From contig CAWDVR010000001.1 in the NCBI GenBank assembly GCA_963805975.1, forward strand, positions 1,184,001-1,248,000: DNA of 64,000 nt. Direction: 5' to 3'. Positions within the stretch are counted from its first letter, which is position 1. Every line of letters begins with the position of its first letter. The stretch is from an uncultured Acidobacteriota bacterium. GTDB lineage: Bacteria; Acidobacteriota; Thermoanaerobaculia; Multivoradales; SZUA-115. The position numbers and the translations under genes are program-made. Positions 42,573 through 53,600 of the stretch are shown in pieces. The notes under the pieces were generated by a model. It saw only the letters and a program-made list of their open reading frames with translations, searched no databases and was not told the DNA's origin.

Positions 42573-44992
42573 AGGGGCCTCCCTACGCCGAGGTCGCCGT
42601 CCCTGTCCCGTTCGCGGACTCCCTGACCTACAAGATACCGCCGGAGCTCGACGGCCTGGTGGCCGCGGGCCTGCGGGTGCGCGTTCCGGTCGGCCGGCGA
42701 CGGTTGAGCGGCGTCGTTCTCGAGCTTCACGACCGGCTGCCGGAAGCAGTCGAGCTGCGGGAGATCGAGGGCGTGCTCGACAGCGAGCCGGTGCTGCCCG
42801 CCGACCTGCTGGCCCTGGCCCGTTTCGTGGCCGGCTACTACCTGGCGCCCCTGGGTGAGGTGGTTCGGGCCATTCTTCCCGCCGACCTGCCCACCTGGGG
42901 AAGCCGCCGGGTCTGGCTGACCAGCCGAGGCGCTCTGGCGCGCCCGCGCACGGTGGACGAAGCCACGGTGATCGACCTGCTGCGCGATGCCGGGCGGCTC
43001 TCGGTCGCCGAGCTGCAACGCCTCTCCCGGGTGGCGGCGTTGGCGCCGGTCCTGGCCGAGCTCGAGGCCGGCGGACGCATCGCGGTCGGTGAGGGGCGCC
43101 GCGCGAGCTCGAGCCGTTACGTTGCCGCGGTCGAGCTGGCGGCCGGAGAGCCCGCGGCCCTCTTCGCCGCGTGCGGGCGCTCGGCGCCGGCGAAGGAAGT
43201 GGTGCAGCACCTGCTCGCGATCGGCCGCCCGGCTACGGTCGGAGAGGTCACGGCCGCGGTGGGCTGCGGCCCGGCAGTGATCCGGCGGCTGGCGGAGCTC
43301 GGGGTGCTCAAGCGCTTCTCGCAGATCGAGCGGCTGGGGCTCGATCACCACGTGCTCTCGCAAGTGCCGTCGGCGCCGTTCCTGCTCCGGCCGGACCAGG
43401 ACGCGGCCCTCGCCGCGGTGGTGGCGGCGCTCGCGGCCGGCCAGCCGGCCTCGTTCCTGCTCGCCGGGGTCACCGGCGCGGGGAAGACCGAGGTCTACCT
43501 GCGCGCCGCCGCGGCGGCGCTGGCGCAGGGGAGGTCGGCGATCCTTCTGGTCCCGGAGATCGCCCTCGTGCCCGCGCTGGCCGCCAGCGCGCGCGCGCGC
43601 TTCGGAGGCGAGCTGGCCATCTTGCACTCGGGCCTCGCCAGCTCCGAGCGGCACCAGGAATGGGAGAAGGTGCGGCGCGGGGAGGCGAGGGTCGTCCTCG
43701 GGCCCCGCTCCGCCGTGCTCGCGCCCGTCGCCAACCTGGGCCTGGTGGTGGTCGACGAGGAGCAGGACGCTTCCTACAAGCAGGACGTCGTGCCGCGCTA
43801 CCACGGCCGCGACCTGGCGCTGGTGCGTGCTCAGCAGGCCGGCGCCGTCGCCATCCTGGTCTCCGCCACGCCCAGCCTCGAGAGCCGCCACAACGTCGAG
43901 CGGGGCCGCCTGACCGCGGTGACTCTGACCGCCCGCGCGGGCCAGGGCCTGATGCCGGAGGGCATCCTCGTGGACCTCAGGCAGGAACCCGTGGCGCGGC
44001 GGCCCGGCGAGGTGGTCTTCTCGGCGCGGCTGGCGGCCGAGATCACGGCCGCGCTCGCGAGCGGCGACCAGGCGATCCTGCTCCGCAACCGGCGCGGCTA
44101 CTCGCCGCTCCTCCTCTGCCGGGCCTGCGGCGAGGACTTCCGCTGCGAGCAGTGCGGTCTGCCACGCACCTTCCACCGCCGCGAGCGGGCCCTGGTCTGC
44201 CACTACTGCGGTTCGCGGACGGCAGCGCCGAGCTCCTGCCCGACCTGCTCCGAGCCCGCGCTCGAGCCCGTCGGCGCCGGCACCGAACGGGTCGAGGAGC
44301 GTTTCGAAGAGCTGTTTCCGGGCACCACGGTCGCCGTGCTCGACCGCGACTCGCTGCGCCGGCCGGGCGGCGCGGCCGGCGTCCTCGAACGCTTCGCGCG
44401 CGGTGACGCGCAAGTGCTGATCGGCACGCAGATGGTCTCCAAGGGTCATCACTTCCCGCGCGTCGCGCTCACCGCCGTGCTGACTGCGGACGCCTACCTC
44501 GGCTTCCCGGACTTCCGGGCGGTGGAGAAGACCTACACCCTCCTGACGCAGCTCGCGGGGCGCGCCGGCCGAGGCGACCGGCCGGGGCGGGTGGTGATCC
44601 AGACCTACCACCCGGAGCACTACGCCATCCGTGCCGCGCTCACCGGCGACGACGCCGGCTTTGCCGCCGAGGAGATGCGCTTCCGCAGGGTGTTCCACTA
44701 TCCGCCGTACACCCGCATGGTCCAGCTCCTGGTGCGGGACAAGAACCGGCTGCGGGTCGAAGAGGCGGTGGGCGAGCTGGCACGCCGGCTGGCGGACCAC
44801 CCGTACTCGGAAGGGGTGCGCATCTCCGGCCCGGCGCCCGCACCGCTCGAGCGCCTGCGCAACGAGTGGCGCTACCAGATCCTGGTCCGCGGCAACTCGG
44901 GCAAGCGCCTGCGGCAGCTCATCGCCGCGGTCCTCTCGCCCCGGCCGGCGGTGGACGTGGCGGTGGACGTGGATCCGTATCAGCTCTTGTGA
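42569..44992 (+). CDS. priA: Primosomal protein N' (helicase); probable CTG start
   Basis: YAEVAVPVP..LTY N-terminus, GVTGAGKT, DEEQ, SATP, 8-Cys zinc region, QLAGRAGR, VDVDP. Confidence 0.95.
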   Translation: MKGPPYAEVAVPVPFADSLTYKIPPELDGLVAAGLRVRVPVGRRRLSGVVLELHDRLPEAVELREIEGVLDSEPVLPADLLALARFVAGYYLAPLGEVVRAILPADLPTWGSRRVWLTSRGALARPRTVDEATVIDLLRDAGRLSVAELQRLSRVAALAPVLAELEAGGRIAVGEGRRASSSRYVAAVELAAGEPAALFAACGRSAPAKEVVQHLLAIGRPATVGEVTAAVGCGPAVIRRLAELGVLKRFSQIERLGLDHHVLSQVPSAPFLLRPDQDAALAAVVAALAAGQPASFLLAGVTGAGKTEVYLRAAAAALAQGRSAILLVPEIALVPALAASARARFGGELAILHSGLASSERHQEWEKVRRGEARVVLGPRSAVLAPVANLGLVVVDEEQDASYKQDVVPRYHGRDLALVRAQQAGAVAILVSATPSLESRHNVERGRLTAVTLTARAGQGLMPEGILVDLRQEPVARRPGEVVFSARLAAEITAALASGDQAILLRNRRGYSPLLLCRACGEDFRCEQCGLPRTFHRRERALVCHYCGSRTAAPSSCPTCSEPALEPVGAGTERVEERFEELFPGTTVAVLDRDSLRRPGGAAGVLERFARGDAQVLIGTQMVSKGHHFPRVALTAVLTADAYLGFPDFRAVEKTYTLLTQLAGRAGRGDRPGRVVIQTYHPEHYAIRAALTGDDAGFAAEEMRFRRVFHYPPYTRMVQLLVRDKNRLRVEEAVGELARRLADHPYSEGVRISGPAPAPLERLRNEWRYQILVRGNSGKRLRQLIAAVLSPRPAVDVAVDVDPYQLL

Positions 44993-45058
44993 GGGCTCGG
45001 GGCTGCGCCGTCCTTTCGTTGACTCCCTCGAGCCCCGGATGCTAGTTTGCCTCAGCCC

Positions 45059-46012
45059 ATGCAGACCCCTGATTTCGCTTTCGAGACCCCCCTCGTCGAG
45101 CTTCGCCGGCGGATCGAGGAGCTGGAGGGCTATCCCGCCGGCAGCGGTCACGACCGCGAGCTGACCGACTTGCGGGCGAAGCTGAACAAGGACTCCGCGG
45201 AGATCTACGCCAAGCTCAACCGCTGGCAGAAGACCCTCGTCGCCCGGCATCCGGAGCGACCCTACACGCTCGACTACGTCGAGCGCCTGATGACCGACTG
45301 GATCGAGGTGCACGGCGACCGCGCGTTCGGCGACGACCACGCTCTGGTCGCCGGCTTCGCCCGCTTCGCCGGCCGCAGCGTGGCGGTGATCGGTCATCAG
45401 AAGGGCCGCAGCACCCGCTCGCGCATCCTGCGCAACTTCGGCCAGCCCCGGCCCGAGGGCTACCGCAAGGCGCTGCGGGTGATGAAGCTGGCCGAGAAGT
45501 TCGGCCTGCCGGTCCTCACCTTCGTCGACACTCCGGGCGCCTACCCGGGGATCGACGCCGAGGAGCGCGGCCAGGCGGAGGCCATCGCCCGCAATCTGAT
45601 CGAGATGGCGTCGCTCAAGGTGCCGATCCTGGTGACCATCACCGGCGAGGGCGGCAGCGGGGGAGCGCTGGCGCTGGGCGTGGGCGACCGCGTCTTCATC
45701 CTGGAGTTCGCCACCTACTCCGTGATCTCGCCGGAGGGTTGCGCGGCGATCCTGTGGAAGGAGCAGGACCGCAAGGCCGAGGCCGCCGAGGCGCTGCGCC
45801 TGACGGCGCCCGACCTCGCCGAGCTGAAGATCGTCGACGCCATCATCCCCGAGCCCGTGGGCGGCGCCCATGCCGATCCTACCGAGGCGGCGCGGCGGGT
45901 GGGGGAGGTCCTCACCACGGCGTTGAAGGAGCTGGAGGGCAAGAGCGTCGACGAGCTGCTCGCCGCCCGTTACGCCAAGTTCCGCGCTCTGGGAGTGTTC
46001 GAGGAGGGTTGA
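45059..46012 (+). CDS. accA: Acetyl-CoA carboxylase carboxyltransferase alpha
   Basis: ARHPERP, PEGYRKA, DTPGAYPG, GEGGSGGAL. Confidence 0.97.
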   Translation: MQTPDFAFETPLVELRRRIEELEGYPAGSGHDRELTDLRAKLNKDSAEIYAKLNRWQKTLVARHPERPYTLDYVERLMTDWIEVHGDRAFGDDHALVAGFARFAGRSVAVIGHQKGRSTRSRILRNFGQPRPEGYRKALRVMKLAEKFGLPVLTFVDTPGAYPGIDAEERGQAEAIARNLIEMASLKVPILVTITGEGGSGGALALGVGDRVFILEFATYSVISPEGCAAILWKEQDRKAEAAEALRLTAPDLAELKIVDAIIPEPVGGAHADPTEAARRVGEVLTTALKELEGKSVDELLAARYAKFRALGVFEEG

Positions 46013-47703
46013 TCCCCCTGACCTCACAAACGGAGTGGCTGCCAGTGCCCGAGCCGCCGGCCGTTGCTCAGCTCATCCGGGACGGTCTGCCGGCAAGGCT
46101 GGCGCGGCTCCTGGCGCGCCGCGGCGTGTCCGACGCCGCGCAGGCGCGGGCCTTCCTCTCGCCGTCGCTCGACCAGTTGCACGATCCCCTGCTCCTCGCC
46201 GGGCTGCCCCAGGCCGTGGAGCGCCTGCTCCTGGCGTGCGAGCGCAAGGAAGCGGTGGCCGTGGTGGGGGACTACGACGTCGACGGGGTGAGCGCCACCG
46301 CTCTGCTGCTGGCGACGCTGCGGAGCTGCGGCCTCACCGCCCATCCCGTGCTGCCGCACCGGCTGCGCGAGGGCTACGGTTTCCAGCCGTTGCACGCCGA
46401 GCGTGCCGCGGAGCTCGGCTGCGGCGTGATCGTCACCGTCGACTGCGGGGTGGCGGCGCTCGCTGCGGTCGAGCGGGCCCGGGCGCTCGGCATCGATGTC
46501 ATCATCACCGACCATCACCTGCCCGGTGAAGCGCTGCCCACAGGCGTGGTGCTGGTCAACCCGCGCCAGCCCGAGTGCGCCTATCCCTTTCCAGACCTCG
46601 CCGGCGTGGGCCTGGCGTTCAAGCTCGCTCTGGCGCTCCTCGAGCGCGCCGGCCGGCCGGCTCCTTTCGAGGCGCTGCTGCGCGTCGCGTGCCTCGGCAC
46701 CATCGCCGACGTGGTGCCGCTCCTGGGGGAGAACCGCGTCATCGCCTCCCTGGGGCTCGCGGCGCTGGGCGCCACGCGCTCGGTGGGTTTGAAAGCGCTC
46801 ATCGCCGTGGCCGGCGTAAAGCCGCCTTTCTCGGCTTCCGACGTCGGATTCCGGCTCGGGCCGCGGCTCAACGCCGCCGGACGGCTGGCGAGCCCGGACG
46901 GCGCGCTCGAGCTGCTGCTCACGCGCGACCCGGCGCGCGCCGGCGTGCTGGCAGGCGAGCTCGAGCGCCACAACCGGGCTCGGCAAGAGGAGGAGGTCCA
47001 GGTTCTGGACGAGGCGCGGCAGATCGCCCTGGCGCGGACACCGCTGCCGCCGATCCTGGTCGCTTGGAGCAACACCTGGCACCGCGGCGTGCTGGGCATC
47101 GCCGCCGGACGCCTGGCCCGCGAGCTCTCGCGGCCGACCGTGCTGCTGTCCGCAGCCAACGGTTCTGCCGTCGGCTCGGGACGGAGCATCGCGGGAGTCG
47201 ATCTCCATGCCTTCCTCTCCTCGTTCCAACATCGCTGCGAGCGTTTCGGCGGCCACTCCCAGGCCATCGGGCTGTCGGTGCCTGTGCACGAGCTCGAGGC
47301 CCTGCGCCGCGACCTCGAGGAGGCGGCCGCCGAGTGGCCCGCGACGCTCCTCGCCCCGCGCCTCGAGTACGAGCTCGAGGTGGCGCCCGGCGAGGTGCAG
47401 GAGGGTTTGCTCGCCGAGCTCGCCCGGCTCGAGCCGCACGGCCAGTCGAACCCGCAGCCGCTGTTGCGCGTGGGCCCTCTGTGCCTGACAGCAGAGCCGC
47501 GCCTCTTCGGCCGCGGCCACCTCTCGGCATCCGCGGCCGGCGAGGACGGCGCACGCATCGGGCTCCTGGGTTGGCGCTGGCAAGAGAGGCAGGAGGCGCT
47601 CGCCGGCCGGTTCGAGGTCCTGGCTCACCTCGAGCGCGACGACTACACACAACGGCCCGTGCTCCGGCTGATCGACGCGCGGCCCTTCCCGGCCGTTTCC
47701 TGA
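46009..47703 (+). CDS. recJ: ssDNA exonuclease RecJ
   Basis: GDYDVDG, TVDCG, TDHH, GTIADVVPL, PRLNAAGR, GGH; TTGA overlap with accA. Confidence 0.95.
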   Translation: MIPLTSQTEWLPVPEPPAVAQLIRDGLPARLARLLARRGVSDAAQARAFLSPSLDQLHDPLLLAGLPQAVERLLLACERKEAVAVVGDYDVDGVSATALLLATLRSCGLTAHPVLPHRLREGYGFQPLHAERAAELGCGVIVTVDCGVAALAAVERARALGIDVIITDHHLPGEALPTGVVLVNPRQPECAYPFPDLAGVGLAFKLALALLERAGRPAPFEALLRVACLGTIADVVPLLGENRVIASLGLAALGATRSVGLKALIAVAGVKPPFSASDVGFRLGPRLNAAGRLASPDGALELLLTRDPARAGVLAGELERHNRARQEEEVQVLDEARQIALARTPLPPILVAWSNTWHRGVLGIAAGRLARELSRPTVLLSAANGSAVGSGRSIAGVDLHAFLSSFQHRCERFGGHSQAIGLSVPVHELEALRRDLEEAAAEWPATLLAPRLEYELEVAPGEVQEGLLAELARLEPHGQSNPQPLLRVGPLCLTAEPRLFGRGHLSASAAGEDGARIGLLGWRWQERQEALAGRFEVLAHLERDDYTQRPVLRLIDARPFPAVS

Positions 47704-47707
47704 AGCG

Positions 47708-49855
47708 ATGGCCGGACAGCGATCGATCGTTCGTTTGCGGCGGGCCCTGCTCGGCCTCCTCGTGCTGCTCGTCGCCGGTCTCGCCGTCCTCTACTGGTTC
47801 GGGCGCTCCGGTCTCGAGCGCCCGCCCAAGGTGGCGATCGAGGAGGGCGAGCTGCCGGCCGACGATCTGACCTTCGCGGGCAAGGACTTCGACTTCAGCT
47901 ACGAGGAGGGCGGGCGGACGATCTTTGCTCTCCATGGGGACGACTTCCGGCGTGACCGCGAGGGCAACGTGGTGGTCGATCAGCTCGCGGTCCGGATCAA
48001 CACCGCCCAGGGAGATACCTTCGAGGTCGAGGGCAAGCAGGGCACCTACAACCAGGAGACGCAGGAAGCGGTCCTCGAATCCGGCGTCAAGGTCAAGAGC
48101 CCGTCCGGCATCGAGCTCGAGACCAGCAAGCTGCAGCTGACCCAGAAAGGCAGAGCCATCCTCGGCCAGGAGCCGATGACCTTCCGCTATCAGGAGAAGG
48201 CTCAGGGGCGCGCGGACCGGATGCGCGCCGACCTCGACGAGCGCCTGTTCATCCTCGCCGGCAACGTGCGGGTGGACAATGGCGCGGACGCCCCGGGGCC
48301 GTTCCGGATCCGTGCCGGCCGGCTCTATCTCGACCGCAACCAGCACCATGCGCGCGCCGATGGGGACGTGTTCGTCTCCTTCCTCTCGCACCGCCTGCGC
48401 GCGCCGCGCATCAACCTGTGGCTCACCGAGGACGACCAGACCGTGCAGTTCGTGCGCGCCGTACGGGGCGTGCGCGGACGGCTGGGGCTCCAGCCCTCGG
48501 CGAGCGCCGTCGGCCCGGTGCGCTTCGCAGGCCGGACTCTCTCGGCCATCTTCGCGCCGGACACCGGCGACCTCGCCCGCTTCGAGCTGGGCAGCAACGC
48601 GGCCGAGCCGGCGACGGTGATCTCGACCTCTCCCGGCGAGCCGGCGCGCAGGCTCGGGGCAAGCTTCATCAACGGCAACCTCGAAGGCGGCAACCTCACC
48701 CGGGCCGAGGCCCTGGGCGGGGTCAAGCTGGCGGAGCTCGCCACCTTGCCGCCCGAAGAAGCCTGGGACGCGGCGGCCGAGGCGGCGCCCGCCACCGAGC
48801 CGGCCGAGGAGAGCGGTGAAGACTCGGAGGAGAGCGAAGCGGAAGCAGCGAAGGCGGCGGCGCTGGGGAACGACTCGGTGGCGCTCGACGAGCTCGACCG
48901 CGGGGCACTGCGGCTCGCCACGGGACGCCGGGCCGAGGCGAGCTTCGGCCCCGACGGCCAGCTCGTCGAGGTCACGCTCTACGAGCGGGTGGACTTTCGC
49001 GACCCGCAGTTCCACGCCGTGGGCGACCAGGTGCGCTTCGACTACAGCAACGGCATCGGGGAGTTCCTCGGCAAGCCGGTGCGCGCCACCAGCGCGCGCG
49101 GCACTCTCACCGCGCCGCGCCTTCTCTATACTCAGCGCACCGGCCTATTGGTGGCGCAGGCCGGGGTCCGTGCCGAGCTCCAAGAAGAGACCGGGGCCGG
49201 CGTGCTCGGCGACAGCCCTCTGGCCGAGGGAGAAGGCCCTATCTTCGTGGAATCCCAAGAGGCTTTTTTTCGCGGCTCCTCCCGCTCGTTCCTCTTTCGC
49301 GGCAAGGTGAAGGCCTGGCGCGGCGAGAGCCTGGTCCTGGCCGACGAGCTCAAAGGAGACGAGGACACGGGCCAACTGACCGCTACCGGCAACGTGCGCA
49401 CGGTGACCAAGCAGCAGAGCGCACCGGCGCGTGGCGCCGCACCCCAACCGCCGGTGGAGGTCACCGCGGCGTCGATGCTCTACGGCAAGGCGGCACGCAC
49501 GATCGTCTACCGCACCGGAGTGAAGGCGGTGCAGGGCCAGCGGGCGCTCTCCTGCGACGAGCTGACCATCGAGCTCGACGACCGGCAGAAGCTCGAGGCC
49601 CTGGTGCTCACCGGCAACGCCAAGATCGAAGATCGCGAGACCGGCCGCACGGTGGTCGGCGACCGCGCCCGCTACGAGCCCGGGGCCAAGACCGTCACCG
49701 TGGAAGGCGAGCGGGCCACGATGCGCGACCGCGACGGCGCCGAGGTCACGGGCCAGCGGATCGTCTACGAGTTCGAGACCGGCAAGGCCCAGGTCACGGG
49801 CGCGCCGCCGGAACTTCCACCCGTCGGCTCCGCTGGAACCGGGAGCGGGCGATGA
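47708..49855 (+). CDS. Fused LptC/LptA-type multi-beta-jellyroll LPS transport protein
   Basis: N-terminal TM, repeated A..GNV / Y....G OstA-like strands, directly upstream of lptB. Confidence 0.8.
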   Translation: MAGQRSIVRLRRALLGLLVLLVAGLAVLYWFGRSGLERPPKVAIEEGELPADDLTFAGKDFDFSYEEGGRTIFALHGDDFRRDREGNVVVDQLAVRINTAQGDTFEVEGKQGTYNQETQEAVLESGVKVKSPSGIELETSKLQLTQKGRAILGQEPMTFRYQEKAQGRADRMRADLDERLFILAGNVRVDNGADAPGPFRIRAGRLYLDRNQHHARADGDVFVSFLSHRLRAPRINLWLTEDDQTVQFVRAVRGVRGRLGLQPSASAVGPVRFAGRTLSAIFAPDTGDLARFELGSNAAEPATVISTSPGEPARRLGASFINGNLEGGNLTRAEALGGVKLAELATLPPEEAWDAAAEAAPATEPAEESGEDSEESEAEAAKAAALGNDSVALDELDRGALRLATGRRAEASFGPDGQLVEVTLYERVDFRDPQFHAVGDQVRFDYSNGIGEFLGKPVRATSARGTLTAPRLLYTQRTGLLVAQAGVRAELQEETGAGVLGDSPLAEGEGPIFVESQEAFFRGSSRSFLFRGKVKAWRGESLVLADELKGDEDTGQLTATGNVRTVTKQQSAPARGAAPQPPVEVTAASMLYGKAARTIVYRTGVKAVQGQRALSCDELTIELDDRQKLEALVLTGNAKIEDRETGRTVVGDRARYEPGAKTVTVEGERATMRDRDGAEVTGQRIVYEFETGKAQVTGAPPELPPVGSAGTGSGR

Positions 49856-50583
49856 GCGAGTCGCGGACACTCTCGACGCGCGGCCTGCGCAAGGTCTACC
49901 GCGGGCGTGCCGTGGTCAACGACGTGTCGATCGAGGTCCAGCCCGGCGAGGTCGTGGGCCTGCTGGGTCCCAACGGCGCGGGCAAGACCACGACCTTCTA
50001 CATGGTGGTCGGTCTGACGCCGCCCGACTCCGGCAGCGTGTTCCTGGGCGAGGAGGACATCACCGAGCTCCCCATGTACCTGCGCGCCCAGCGGGGCATC
50101 AGCTACCTGCCGCAGGAACCTTCCATCTTCCGGCGCATGACGGTCGACAACAACCTGCGGGCCATCTTCGAGACCCTGGACCTGCCGCACGCCGAGCAGG
50201 AGCGGCGCATCGACCAGCTGATCGAGGAGTTCGGCCTGGGCAAAGTCCGGCGCAGTCAGGGCTATGCGCTGTCGGGCGGCGAGCGCCGGCGGGTCGAGAT
50301 TGCGCGGGCGCTGGTCATCAACCCCTGGTACATCCTGCTCGACGAGCCCTTCGCCGGCATCGATCCCATCGCGGTGCTCGATATCCAAGGTATCATTGGC
50401 CACCTGAGGAAGATGGGGATCGGGATCCTCATCACCGACCATAACGTGCGGGAAACACTGAAAATAACCGATCGCGCCTATATCATCAACAATGGCGCCA
50501 TCTTGCGTGCCGGCCCCCCTGCCGAGCTCTCCGCAGACCCCGAGGTGAGGAAGATCTACCTCGGCGAGGAGTTCCGTCTCTAA
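49852..50583 (+). CDS. lptB: LPS export ABC ATPase
   Basis: [50 protein letters not shown]. Confidence 0.97.
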   Translation: MSESRTLSTRGLRKVYRGRAVVNDVSIEVQPGEVVGLLGPNGAGKTTTFYMVVGLTPPDSGSVFLGEEDITELPMYLRAQRGISYLPQEPSIFRRMTVDNNLRAIFETLDLPHAEQERRIDQLIEEFGLGKVRRSQGYALSGGERRRVEIARALVINPWYILLDEPFAGIDPIAVLDIQGIIGHLRKMGIGILITDHNVRETLKITDRAYIINNGAILRAGPPAELSADPEVRKIYLGEEFRL

Positions 50584-52157
50584 TGGCGTTGGAACAGAAA
50601 CTCTCCCTCAAGCTGTCGCAGCGGCTGGTGATGACGCCGTCGTTGCAGCAGGCCATCAAGCTGCTGCAGATGACCCGGCTGGAGCTCGAGGGCATCCTCA
50701 CTCAGGAGCTGGTCGAGAACCCCGTCCTGGAGGACAACGCCGAGGGGCCGGAGGAGACCGAGGCGGAGCGCCAGGAGGCCGAGGCCGAGCCCGAGCCCGA
50801 GGCCCCGGTGGTCGAGGACCCGCTCGACAAGATCGACTTCGAGGCCTACTTCAGCGACTACATGGAAGGGCCGACCTACGCCTCGACCTACGAGGAGCGG
50901 GAAGAGGCGCCGATCGAGAACAGCCTGATCCGCGAGCCGGACCTCTACGACCACCTGCTCTGGCAGCTTCACATGAGCGGTGTCGAGCCGGACCAGCGCC
51001 TGATCGCCGAGATGATCATCGGCAACCTCAACCCGGACGGCTTCCTGGTGGCGACGGTGGAGGAGATCTGCGGCATGCTGGTGGAGCCGGGGCAGAACGG
51101 CGCGCACGCCCCGGATCACCAAGCTCAGGTCGACCTCGCCCTCGGCCAGGAAAACGGCACGGAGCCGACAGCAGCGTCCGGCGAGGAAGCTGCTCCCCTG
51201 GAGCACGCGCCGGTCATCGACCAGGCGGTCTCGGCCCGGGTGGAGGCGGCGCTCGCGCTGGTGCAGAGCCTCGACCCGCCGGGCGTGGCCCGGCGCGACG
51301 TGCGCGAGTGCCTCCTTGCCCAGCTCGAGCACCGGGGCGAGGACCGGGACAGCCTGGCCTGGAAGATGATCGCCGACCACTGGGAGCTCTTCCTGCGGCG
51401 GCAGTTCGCGCAGGTCGCCAAGGCCCTGAACATCGAGCTCAAAGACCTCGAATCCGTGGTCGAGCTCATCCGTACCCTCGAAACCCGGCCCGGCCGCAAG
51501 TTCACCGCGGACCGCACGCACTACATCGAACCCGACGTCGTGGTGCGCAAGGTGAGCGACGAGTACGTCATCCAGTTGAACGACGACGGACTGCCGCGGC
51601 TGCGGGTCAGCCGCGCCTACCGGCGGATGCTGCAGCAGATGCGGATCGACGGCGGCGAGAACGAGGCCCAGCAGTTCATCAAGGACAAGATGCGCTCCGC
51701 GGTGTGGCTGATCAAGAGCCTCGACCAGCGGCAGCGCACCATCTACAAAGTGGCGGACTCGATCGTCCGCCAGCAGCGCGACTTCCTCGATCACGGCATC
51801 GAGCACCTGCGGCCCATGGTGCTGCGCGACGTGGCCGAGGACATCGGCATGCACGAGTCCACGGTCAGCCGCGTGGTGTCCAACAAGTACATCCATACGC
51901 CGCGCGGCCTGTTCCCCATGAAGTTCTTCTTCCACAGCGGCATCGACCGCGAGTACGGAGAGAACATCTCCTCGCTCACCGTCAAGCGCAAGCTCGAGCG
52001 GATCGTCGAGAGCGAGGATCCCAAGCAGCCGCTGTCGGACAGCGAGCTGATGCGCATCCTCAAACGCGAGGGCATCCAGATTGCACGCCGCACAGTGGCC
52101 AAGTACCGAGAGGAGCTCAACATCCCGTCTTCCACCGACCGCAAGCAGATTTTTTAG
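50583..52157 (+). CDS. rpoN: RNA polymerase sigma-54
   Basis: MTPSLQQAIKLLQ, HESTVSR, RpoN box ARRTVAKYRE. Confidence 0.98.
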   Translation: MALEQKLSLKLSQRLVMTPSLQQAIKLLQMTRLELEGILTQELVENPVLEDNAEGPEETEAERQEAEAEPEPEAPVVEDPLDKIDFEAYFSDYMEGPTYASTYEEREEAPIENSLIREPDLYDHLLWQLHMSGVEPDQRLIAEMIIGNLNPDGFLVATVEEICGMLVEPGQNGAHAPDHQAQVDLALGQENGTEPTAASGEEAAPLEHAPVIDQAVSARVEAALALVQSLDPPGVARRDVRECLLAQLEHRGEDRDSLAWKMIADHWELFLRRQFAQVAKALNIELKDLESVVELIRTLETRPGRKFTADRTHYIEPDVVVRKVSDEYVIQLNDDGLPRLRVSRAYRRMLQQMRIDGGENEAQQFIKDKMRSAVWLIKSLDQRQRTIYKVADSIVRQQRDFLDHGIEHLRPMVLRDVAEDIGMHESTVSRVVSNKYIHTPRGLFPMKFFFHSGIDREYGENISSLTVKRKLERIVESEDPKQPLSDSELMRILKREGIQIARRTVAKYREELNIPSSTDRKQIF

Positions 52158-52213
52158 CGAAAGCTTCTGACCACTTCCGGCGCCACGAGCAGCCGGAGAA
52201 AGGAAGCAGCGCG

Positions 52214-52564
52214 ATGAACGTCGAGTACTTCGGACATCACTACCACGTCGACGACGACCTGCGCGGTTTCATCGAAGGTAAGCTCAAGAAGCTGAGCAAG
52301 TTCGTAGAGGACCCCATCGACGTCCGTGTCACCCTGGCCGCCGAGAAGTACCGCTACCTGGCCGAGCTCCAAGTCTCGCACCGCCACGGCGCTCTGCAAG
52401 CGACCGAAGAGCACCAGGAAGTGAGGGACGCGATCAACCTGGCGGTCGACAAGGTGGAGAAGCAGGCCCGACGCGCCAAGGCGCGATTCGTGGACCGCAA
52501 GCGCCGCGCCGATCCCCTGCATCAGCAGGAGCAGAACGTCGACCTCGTCAACCCGGAGCCGTAG
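52214..52564 (+). CDS. hpf: Ribosome hibernation factor (short HPF/RaiA)
   Basis: Position after rpoN; KLKKL, AINLAVDKVEKQARR. Confidence 0.88.
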   Translation: MNVEYFGHHYHVDDDLRGFIEGKLKKLSKFVEDPIDVRVTLAAEKYRYLAELQVSHRHGALQATEEHQEVRDAINLAVDKVEKQARRAKARFVDRKRRADPLHQQEQNVDLVNPEP

Positions 52565-52604
52565 TGCGCCACGTCTCTCAGCCCAGAGGTCGGAGCCAGC
52601 CCGG

Positions 52605-53600
52605 GTGAGCGCGCCCGAGGTACTGGTCTCCGACCTTCTGGGCGACGAGCTCACGGACCTGAAGCTCAAGGTGCTGGCGGGCGAGTCCCACCTCGACAAT
52701 CTGATCACCAACCCGCGGGTGCAGAAGCCCGGCCTCGCCTTCGCCGGCTACTTCGACTACATCAAGCCGGGCCGGGTGCAGATCGTGGGCGAGAGCGAGA
52801 CCGCCTACCTCGCCACCGTCTCCGCCGCCGAGCGCCGCCGGCGCTTCGAGATCATCGCCAAGATGCCGGTGCCGGTGTTCGTGATCACCAAGGGGATCCG
52901 GCCCCTGCCCGGTTTTCTCGACGCCTGCAAGCGGCGCGAGGTGCCGGTGCTGTCTTCGCTCGCCCTTTCCTCCGAGGTCATCCGCCGCATCAGCTACTTC
53001 CTGGAGGACCACCTCGTCCCCACCACCCACATCCACGGCGTGCTGGTGGACGTCTACGGCCTCGGCGTGCTGCTCATCGGCTCGAGCGGCGTGGGCAAGA
53101 GCGAGCTCGCCCTGGACCTCATCTCGCGCGGCCACAGCCTGGTGGCGGACGACCGGGTGACGGTGCGGCGCTACCCCCCGGACGACCTCGTCGGCTACGC
53201 CGAGGGGCCGCTGCGCCACCACATGGAGCTGCGTGGCCTGGGGATCATCAACGTGCAGGACCTGTTCGGCCTGGCGGCGGTGCGCGAGCGGCGGCCGATC
53301 GACCTGGTGGTCGAGCTCGAGCCCTGGGTGGACGGCAAGGCCTACGAACGGCTCGGTCTCGACGAGACCGTCTTCCACATCCTCGATTCCCCCTGCCCCT
53401 ACATCAAGATGCCGGTGGCCGTGGGCCGCAACGTCGCCATGCTGGTCGAGATCGCGGCGCGCAACCACGTGCTCAAGCTCCAGGGGCATCACTCGGCGCG
53501 CGAGTTCGCGCGCAAGCTCGAGCAGGAGCTGGAGCGCAACCGCCATCACCGGCAGCGCAAGGGGCGGACCGCGGGGGCTGAACCGCCGCCGCAATCATGA
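52605..53600 (+). CDS. hprK: HPr kinase/phosphorylase
   Basis: PGLAFAG, HGVLVDVYG, GSSGVGKSE, LVADD, ELRGLGII. Confidence 0.96.
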   Translation: MSAPEVLVSDLLGDELTDLKLKVLAGESHLDNLITNPRVQKPGLAFAGYFDYIKPGRVQIVGESETAYLATVSAAERRRRFEIIAKMPVPVFVITKGIRPLPGFLDACKRREVPVLSSLALSSEVIRRISYFLEDHLVPTTHIHGVLVDVYGLGVLLIGSSGVGKSELALDLISRGHSLVADDRVTVRRYPPDDLVGYAEGPLRHHMELRGLGIINVQDLFGLAAVRERRPIDLVVELEPWVDGKAYERLGLDETVFHILDSPCPYIKMPVAVGRNVAMLVEIAARNHVLKLQGHHSAREFARKLEQELERNRHHRQRKGRTAGAEPPPQS

